A stretch of DNA of 64,000 nucleotides from Planctomycetota bacterium (GTDB lineage: Bacteria; Planctomycetota; Phycisphaerae; Phycisphaerales; UBA1924). The position numbers and the translations under genes are program-made. Location: positions 292,796 to 356,795 of the forward strand of contig CP053450.1 of NCBI GenBank assembly GCA_013285505.1, given 5' to 3'. Below, piece by piece: positions 18,457-24,697 of this stretch; within the stretch, counting starts at the first letter, position 1, and each line of letters opens with the position of its first letter. The notes beneath the pieces are model-generated. The model ran no database searches. It was not told the DNA's origin and saw only the letters and a list, made by a program, of their open reading frames with translations.

Positions 18457-18730
18457 CCCCGCCACCCCGCTTAAAAGAGGCCCAAGGCGCAAGCCTGGGC
18501 GTTCTCTATCCTCCACTCGAGGCCACCCGACCCCACACCCAACCACTCCGCCACCGTCCACCTCACCCTCCGCGGAACCAACCGCCCAGCAGCGCCCACG
18601 GCCCAGCCATCCCATTGGCCCTACGACCCCGCCGCCCCGGTCGGGCGCACAACCCCGCCGCCCCCGAGGAATGCACCATCCCACCACCCAAGCAAGGCCC
18701 ACGACCCCCTCCGCCCCTGATGGACGCATG

Positions 18731-18865
18731 ACCCCTCCCGCCCCAGCGGGGCGCACGACCGTTGCCAGAGGCGCAGCCCCCACCGCCCCAGCGGGGTGCA
18801 CGACCGTTGCCAGGGACGCAGCCCCCACCGCCCCAGCGGGGCGCACGACCATTGCCAGGGGCGCA
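18731..18865. repeat. 45-bp tandem repeat, 3 copies
   Basis: cgccccagcggggcgcacgaccgttgccagaggcgcagcccccac repeats at 18731, 18776 and 18821 with a few substitutions. A single copy of the unit starts the 16265 repeat. Confidence 0.85.
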
Positions 18866-19040
18866 GCCCCTGGACACACCCCCACCAACCCAACCGCTCC
18901 GAAGGAGCGGCGGAAGCACAAACCCCGCCAGCCCCCACCCCACGAGCTTCGACTCCACCAACCCCGAACGCACCCACAAGCCCCGGACCCCAACGGGGTC
19001 CTCTCCAACAGCCGGGGGTCGCCGCAACCCCCGGGACCAC
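18821..19040. repeat. hairpin-array repeat, copy B (about 220 bp)
   Basis: Collinear with 16265..16479 and carries the same four hairpins. Confidence 0.7.
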
Positions 19041-19072
19041 GGGTGAAGTCGAGCATCGTTCGCGAGCGACCC

Positions 19073-20017
19073 CTAAACCACACGGCTAATCCACGCTGCG
19101 TCAAGAAACGCAGTCCGGTCGGCCCAGTAGCATCGGGAGAATCCGTGGACCGTACCAGCCAGAGTGGTTTGGCACACTTGGACGGCCCGCGGCCGGTGTA
19201 CCTCAGGGATTGATTGGTGAATTGCATGCCCGTCGCTGTGAACAATCAACCACAGAGGTAGTCCATTGGCCCGCGTGCAGCTCTTGAGCATGCTCTTACG
19301 GGCCTTCGTGGCCACATGCTCCCGCACCCAATGTCCATCCAACCCAACCACTCCTCCCCGCAGATTGCTGCCCACATCCGGTATCAGTTCACCGACACCC
19401 TGCAACTCCATGTGGTCGAGATACTTCGCACACAATGGGTATTCCGAATCAACGAGGTGGATGTCCCGCGTCCACCTGTTCAACTGACCGACACTCTGCG
19501 CCTTGCCGAAGCGGATCCTGCACGTCTCACAGAATTCCAATTCCGGGCCCACAGCAATAATGGAACTCAGTTCACCGATGAATCTCGAGTGGTCTCGGGT
19601 GGTCGGTACCGCTTTGACTTTGGTCTTTCCTGGCTCAGCGCGATGGATCTCGCGATACCGCAGCGAGATGCAGTATCCCTTGCGTTCGAGCAACTTGTAC
19701 AAATCGGCTTTTACAGCCCGTCGCAGTTTGAAATCACGTTCCATCACATCGCCACGGTCGCGACATGGTGAGTACCCCAGCAACTCAATAGCAACTGGAC
19801 CCACCGCCGTGCTCAACACTCCGTCTACCGTGGCTCCGCCAATTTCGACGACCACCTTCTTCGCGACAGCCTTCTCAATCGGTATCAGCTTGTAGCTCGC
19901 ACCGAATCGTCTGCGCATGGCCTTGCAGAACTCGGACAGCACGATCTCTTCGCGCCGCCGAGTGCCGGTGTCACCCCCGTAGCTGAATACATCTCGTTGT
20001 GGATCGAACGATGTCAT
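19073..20017 (-). CDS. hypothetical protein (314 aa), no family recognised
   Basis: Only long ORF in this low-G+C stretch. Starts MTSFDPQRDVFSYGGDTG. No Walker, recombinase or nuclease signature that I can defend. Confidence 0.6.
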   Translation of the reverse strand: MTSFDPQRDVFSYGGDTGTRRREEIVLSEFCKAMRRRFGASYKLIPIEKAVAKKVVVEIGGATVDGVLSTAVGPVAIELLGYSPCRDRGDVMERDFKLRRAVKADLYKLLERKGYCISLRYREIHRAEPGKTKVKAVPTTRDHSRFIGELSSIIAVGPELEFCETCRIRFGKAQSVGQLNRWTRDIHLVDSEYPLCAKYLDHMELQGVGELIPDVGSNLRGGVVGLDGHWVREHVATKARKSMLKSCTRANGLPLWLIVHSDGHAIHQSIPEVHRPRAVQVCQTTLAGTVHGFSRCYWADRTAFLDAAWISRVV

Positions 20018-20167
20018 GTCAGAACGCTATGTCGCAGCAATAGTCAATTCCGGGACCGACGCTCGCAAGTGTCATCTCCCGCCTCGCTCCGTAACCGACA
20101 TCCCCTCAGCCATACCTAGATTCCGCGCAGGCTTGAATGCATCACTTCATTGAGCAGAACCGTCGTC

Positions 20168-20839
20168 CTACTCTTCGCGCAACTGTTCGAGAGACAATGG
20201 ATCCCGCATTACCCCATCCTCGTCCGACACCGCCGTCAACCTACAGTGTTTGCTCGCTGGCTCCTCAACCAGTGAGACTTCCTGGACATCGCACTTTGTA
20301 ACGATGCGCGCGCACAATTCGCCCATGTATGGGCGGCCTTTGATGTGATCACACTCCCCGTATGCTGCGTGGCAGATCGAGCACTCTGACTCCTCGACAA
20401 TAAATGACACACTAGCAAACACTTGTTTCGGGAAACACAACCGTTCTAGTGCATGGAGTCGTGGGATATACAATAACTCCAAACGTGCGGCAACTTCGTG
20501 CGCCTTTACCGCATGACTCGCTGCCATTTGGGCGTTCACCAGATGGGTCCAGGCTCGACCGGGAGCGTCCTGCTTCAGCGCGATGTACATGTCCAGTTCA
20601 TTTGCTAATGCATCCAACATGTACTCGTAGGCTAGCAGTTCATTAGCTATCGCCTCATCCCTTGTTGCAACAGCGTCGCCCTTGAGCCGTGTTGTTCGCT
20701 CTATCATCAGCCGCAGTTGTTTCGAGTGCTCGGTCTGCAGACGAGTAGAACGACACAGTACTGCGAAACGACTGCACTCGTCAGCGACAGTATCAAACTC
20801 TTGACGATATGTGTCAAGTATGTCAGGAGTTAGAGTCAT
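20168..20839 (-). CDS. hypothetical protein (223 aa) with helical N-terminal half and Cys/His cluster CxxC-x6-CxH-x10-C
   Basis: I prefer ATG 20839 (MTLTPDILDTYRQEF, GGAG 11 nt upstream) over the track start 20890. Motif ESECSICHAAYGECDHIKGRPYMGELC, then CDVQEVSLVEEPASKHC. Overlaps the upstream gene by 17 nt. Confidence 0.6.
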   Translation of the reverse strand: MTLTPDILDTYRQEFDTVADECSRFAVLCRSTRLQTEHSKQLRLMIERTTRLKGDAVATRDEAIANELLAYEYMLDALANELDMYIALKQDAPGRAWTHLVNAQMAASHAVKAHEVAARLELLYIPRLHALERLCFPKQVFASVSFIVEESECSICHAAYGECDHIKGRPYMGELCARIVTKCDVQEVSLVEEPASKHCRLTAVSDEDGVMRDPLSLEQLREE

Positions 20840-21326
20840 TGCTCGCTTGCTCCACAATCCGACCGAACTCTTTAAGCCCCGCCGGGTCACCGCTGTATCT
20901 GAATCGCTTGTATTTACCTGTGTATCGGTCTTCTACCACGATCGAGAACTTGACTCGCCGCTCTCCGCCGATGCCCTTAAAGAAGTCAGTGGCATAGTTG
21001 GCGATCACACTCAGTGCAACATTGACGGCAGCAGCGTTTTCGGTGAGCAGCGAAATGCCAATGAACAAGGCGGGCAGTGTCAACTCAAAGGCGTTTTCTT
21101 GCAATACAAGAATTGTTTGTTCAGGTGACTCGATACGGTCTTCGACAATACCAGACTGTCGGAACAAGATGCGCAGAGTAGACACACTGCTCTCGTGAAG
21201 TAGCGCGGACGGACTGTCTGCTGTTGCCAGATTGCGCGGAAGAAAGGCAATCCCTTGTGGCATGTTCATCCCAAAGGCCTTTAGTTGTGTGTCAACATTT
21301 ACATAATCGTCGACTTCGATTGGCAT
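20823..21326 (-). CDS. hypothetical protein (about 167 aa) with one central hydrophobic segment
   Basis: ATG 21326 (MPIEVDDYVNVDTQLKAFGMNMPQG); the track uses a TTG at 21404. Hydrophobic stretch LTLPALFIGISLLTENAAAVNVALSVIANYA. About 43% G+C in the hand-counted lines nearby. Confidence 0.5.
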   Translation of the reverse strand: MPIEVDDYVNVDTQLKAFGMNMPQGIAFLPRNLATADSPSALLHESSVSTLRILFRQSGIVEDRIESPEQTILVLQENAFELTLPALFIGISLLTENAAAVNVALSVIANYATDFFKGIGGERRVKFSIVVEDRYTGKYKRFRYSGDPAGLKEFGRIVEQASNDSNS

Positions 21327-21555
21327 TAGTGACCTTTCAACTTCGGTAAATTGCCGCGCAGAGATCGACAAAGACGAACCTCGCCAGAGAAGATATTCTA
21401 GCAAGAAGTATGGCGGTTGGCGCTGACAAGACTGTGCTGTGTTGTTACCGGCTAGCCCCTAAATGGACTTAAACACACGAACTACCTAGTTCCCATCCCC
21501 CGGCAAGTGGCACCAATCCGCACCACCAACCTCGGCTCTGCAAAATCGGTGCTCC

Positions 21556-22119
21556 TCACACCTCCTTCGCCAACACCCCCGCCACCCCCTCCAACTCATA
21601 CCGCTGCCTCCCCTCCACCCGCACCAACCGCACCCCCGCAGCCGCACACACCCGCTCCAAAAACGCATCCCGCTCTCGCCGCCGCTGCTGCCCATGCGAC
21701 GAGTCATCAAGCTCAACGCAAGCCAACACCCGCGTCCGCGCATCGATGATCACAAAGTCGAACGTCTTCCGGTCCACCTTGTTCCGCCACTTCTGCCGCT
21801 CCCCCCGCTCCAGCCCCCGCCGCGGCTGCACCACCGCCCCCACCGGCACCTGAAACGCAATCCGCGCCTCCGGACCAAACACCGCCGCCACCGCCGGCTC
21901 CAGCGTCGCAAAGAACCGCAGCTCCGCATCCGTCAACAACCCCCGCTTCGCCTCATACGGCAGCGGTCCCTCAGCCCCGCCCGCAACATCGCCCCCGGGC
22001 TCATCCCCACCCCCGCCGCCCTGCTGCCTGGCCATCGCGACCGCGATCGCGACACCCACCACCAGCACAACACCGACCACCACTACCAGTCCAACCACCA
22101 CCAAGACCCAGTTTGCCAT
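21556..22119 (-). CDS. DUF2726 (restriction-endonuclease-like) domain protein with N-terminal TM helix
   Basis: MANWVLVVVGLVVVVGVVLVVGVAIAVA is a TM helix. YEAKRGLLTDAELRFFATL...KVDRKTFDFVIIDARTRVLACVELDDSSHGQQRRRERDAFLERVCAAAGVRLVRV matches the DUF2726 pattern I remember. Start chosen at ATG 22119 rather than 22164. Confidence 0.75.
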   Translation of the reverse strand: MANWVLVVVGLVVVVGVVLVVGVAIAVAMARQQGGGGGDEPGGDVAGGAEGPLPYEAKRGLLTDAELRFFATLEPAVAAVFGPEARIAFQVPVGAVVQPRRGLERGERQKWRNKVDRKTFDFVIIDARTRVLACVELDDSSHGQQRRRERDAFLERVCAAAGVRLVRVEGRQRYELEGVAGVLAKEV

Positions 22120-22542
22120 TGACCATTCCCCGCACGCGGCATGCGAATCCTGCCCTCCGCGCAACCCACACTACCCCACCACCCGACCCGCACGCAATGT
22201 CCAGAATCCCCTCAATCCCACAACAATCTGACACCTACATCCACACCTGCGCGCAACTTCGTGGACCTCCCCCAAAACCAAACCAACCTCACCCCACCCC
22301 GCCCTTATCCTGCGCACAGACCCATGCCCACCACCCACCCCATCGCCACACCCAACAGAGCCGCGGGCGCAAGCACGCGGCAGGGGTCGCCACAACCCCA
22401 GCACCACCCACACTCCCAAAGCCCCCAACACCAACCGCAATCACCCACCCTCCAAAACAGAGCCGCGGGCGTCAGCACGCAGCAGGAGGCCAGCACCCCG
22501 CCGCACCCCCCTTCCACCTCTCCCCCTCCTCCCCAGTGCCTG

Positions 22543-23274
22543 ATGCCGAGTGCCCAGTGCCTCACCCCCCAGGACGAGCACCTCCTCACCGCCCTCTTCG
22601 ACCCCGATTCCGACCTCCTCGTCGCCGCCGCCCACGCCGGCCTGACCGAGTCCCAGCTCATCGACTGGACCACCCAACCCCACATCCGCCAGCGCATCGC
22701 CGCCCACCGCGCCCTCCGCCGCCTCCGCCAGGAGATCCGCGCCGAGGCCACCGCCCGCCGCACACTCCAAACCCTCGAAGACCTCGCCCACTCCGCCGAA
22801 GACCCCATCGAACGCCGCCGCGCCGCCACCTCCATCCTCCGCTACCTCACCCCCCAAAGGACCCGCCCCCACAGAGCCCGACGCGCAAGCGAGGCGCCTC
22901 TCCCCCACCCCACCCAAAACAGAGCCCGAAGCGCAAGCGAGGAGCCTCTCCCCGATACCACCCAAAACAGAGCCCCAAGCGCAAGCGAGGAGCCTCTCCC
23001 CGAGCCTCTGCCCACCCCGGCACCGCCAGCCTCCCATCAAGCCCCGCCAGCTTCCTCCCCCGTGGCACCGGCTTCCAGCCGGTGCAATCCGCTTCCCTCT
23101 TCTCCAACCCCTCAATCACCGAGCGCACCAGCCGACCACAAAGAGCTCCCCACTCCTCCCGGCACTTCAAGACCTCACTCCCCCCGCCAACCCCGCTCCC
23201 CAAACCCCATCCACACCCTCCTCCACGCGCACGCAAAAACCCGCCAGGCCCCAACCCTCGCGCAACCTCCGTAA
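22543..23274 (+). CDS. hypothetical protein: helical N-terminal ~110 codons with strong codon bias, then a low-complexity tail encoded by repeats
   Basis: 22560-22870 reads TPQDEHLLTALFDPDSDLLVAAAHAGLTESQLIDWTTQPHIRQRIAAHRALRRLRQEIRAEATARRTLQTLEDLAHSAEDPIERRRAATSILRY with nearly all codons ending in C/G. Downstream the same frame runs through 48-bp tandem repeats. Start and stop are uncertain. Confidence 0.35.
   Translation: MPSAQCLTPQDEHLLTALFDPDSDLLVAAAHAGLTESQLIDWTTQPHIRQRIAAHRALRRLRQEIRAEATARRTLQTLEDLAHSAEDPIERRRAATSILRYLTPQRTRPHRARRASEAPLPHPTQNRARSASEEPLPDTTQNRAPSASEEPLPEPLPTPAPPASHQAPPASSPVAPASSRCNPLPSSPTPQSPSAPADHKELPTPPGTSRPHSPRQPRSPNPIHTLLHAHAKTRQAPTLAQPP
22871..23005. repeat. 48-bp tandem repeat, about 2.8 copies
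   Basis: acagagcccgaMgcgcaagcgaggMgcctctcccc... units start at 22871, 22919 and 22967. Followed by a perfect hairpin gcaccggct-tcc-agccggtgc near 23063-23083. Confidence 0.8.
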
Positions 23275-23286
23275 CACCCGATTCCT

Positions 23287-24462
23287 CTACGAGTCCCGCG
23301 TCCCCGACCACATCTCATACCGCAACAACCGGCACTCGATCTTCGCGTTCATAAACGGCGTCTTCTTCGCTGCGCGCAGCCCGACCTTCCCCGCCAGCTC
23401 GCGGCTGCCCGTAAACAAATGCCCCGTCCACCCCGCACACCGCTGCTTCAAAAAATCCCCGATCCGCCCGTACGTCTCCGCCAACGCCGCAGCCTCACCC
23501 ATCCGCTCCCCATACTCCGGGTTGATCACCACGTCCCCCGCCCCCTCCGGCATCGGCGTGTCCGCAAAGTCGCACTCCACAAACTCGATGTGCTGCTCCA
23601 CCCCCGCCGCCCGCGCATTCCGACGAGCCGCCTCCACCGCTGACGGATCATGGTCCGACGCGACAATCCGCGGCACAGGCCCCAACTCGCGCGCCCGCTT
23701 CAGCTTCCCCGCCTCCCGCCGCGCCTCACGCCACGCATCATCATCCGCCAGATACGTATGCAACAACCCAAAGTTACTCCGCAAGAGCCCCGGCGCGCGC
23801 CCGGTCGCGATCAGCGCCGCCTCGATCGCCAGCGTCCCGCTCCCGCACATCGGGTTCACCAGCGGCCGCGACCCGTCATACCCCGCCGCCAGCAGCACCG
23901 CCGCCGCCAGCGTCTCACGCATCGGCGCATGGTGCGGCAGCTTCCTGTACCCCCGGTCCCCCAACCGCTCGCCGCTCGTGTTCAGATACACCCACGCCCG
24001 GTCGCCCTTCCAGAACAGGTTGATCACCGTCTGGTACCGGTCCGGCCCCGAGTCCGGCCGGGCCCCGGTCTTCTTCATGATCCGGTCCACAATCGCGTCC
24101 TTGACCACGCGGCTGGGGTACAGCGAGTTGGTGACCTTGGGGTTGTCCACATTGCTGACGATGCTGATGTAGCCGTCGTTGGCGATCAGCGACTCCCACG
24201 GGTAGGCCGCGACGCTGGTGTAGAGCGCGTCCGGCGAGGGGCAGCGGAAGCGGGTGAGCTGCCACAGCACGTGCTGGGCGGTGCGCAGCCGCAGGTTCAG
24301 CGGCATGCAGTCGAGCAGGCTCGCGCCGATGTGGACACCGACGGCGTCCTCCTCCTGGATCTCGAACCCGAGCGCCTCGACCTCGGCGCGGAGGTAGGGC
24401 ACGGTGTAGGGGGCCGCGGTGATGCGGGTGAGCTGCTTCTTGGTGGGGTCGATTGGGGGCAT
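23287..24462 (-). CDS. THUMP-domain class I SAM-dependent RNA methyltransferase
   Basis: Start MPPIDPTKKQL at ATG 24462 (the track ORF begins at 24600). VNPMCGSGTLAIEAAL is SAM motif I. DVVINPEYGERMG is the NPPY-like motif IV. The N-terminal half is THUMP-like. Confidence 0.85.
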   Translation of the reverse strand: MPPIDPTKKQLTRITAAPYTVPYLRAEVEALGFEIQEEDAVGVHIGASLLDCMPLNLRLRTAQHVLWQLTRFRCPSPDALYTSVAAYPWESLIANDGYISIVSNVDNPKVTNSLYPSRVVKDAIVDRIMKKTGARPDSGPDRYQTVINLFWKGDRAWVYLNTSGERLGDRGYRKLPHHAPMRETLAAAVLLAAGYDGSRPLVNPMCGSGTLAIEAALIATGRAPGLLRSNFGLLHTYLADDDAWREARREAGKLKRARELGPVPRIVASDHDPSAVEAARRNARAAGVEQHIEFVECDFADTPMPEGAGDVVINPEYGERMGEAAALAETYGRIGDFLKQRCAGWTGHLFTGSRELAGKVGLRAAKKTPFMNAKIECRLLRYEMWSGTRDS

Positions 24463-24697
24463 GGCTGGTTGGGCAATCTGCGGAGTGTGCCGCGACGATA
24501 GGAGGGTTTGGTACGAATCCGGCGCACGCGGCAGCCGAAAGGGGCCGGAAACCCCGCCGGAGGCCCGAGAAGCGTCCGATTCGCCGGCGGGGAATGGCAT
24601 TGGCCTTCCGGACGTTGGCTCTGACGGGCAAGACGGTTGACTCAGGATGCTGAGTTGGTATCACTAGGGACGTCACGCCACACCACACGAGGTTCAT

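Noticed and set aside
18731-18865. Possible CRISPR array (regular 45-bp repeats; likewise the 48-bp units at 22871-23005)
   Set aside because: The units are directly tandem with no unique spacers between them. Only about 3 copies are present, and no cas genes are in the window.
16749-22200. Integrative/conjugative element or transposon carrying the island
   Set aside because: No tyrosine/serine recombinase, DDE transposase, relaxase or tRNA target is recognisable. The 314-aa ORF lacks the R..H..R..Y or catalytic Ser signatures. Only the lpdA-tail repeat and the duplicated junction hint at past mobility, and these are reported as findings.
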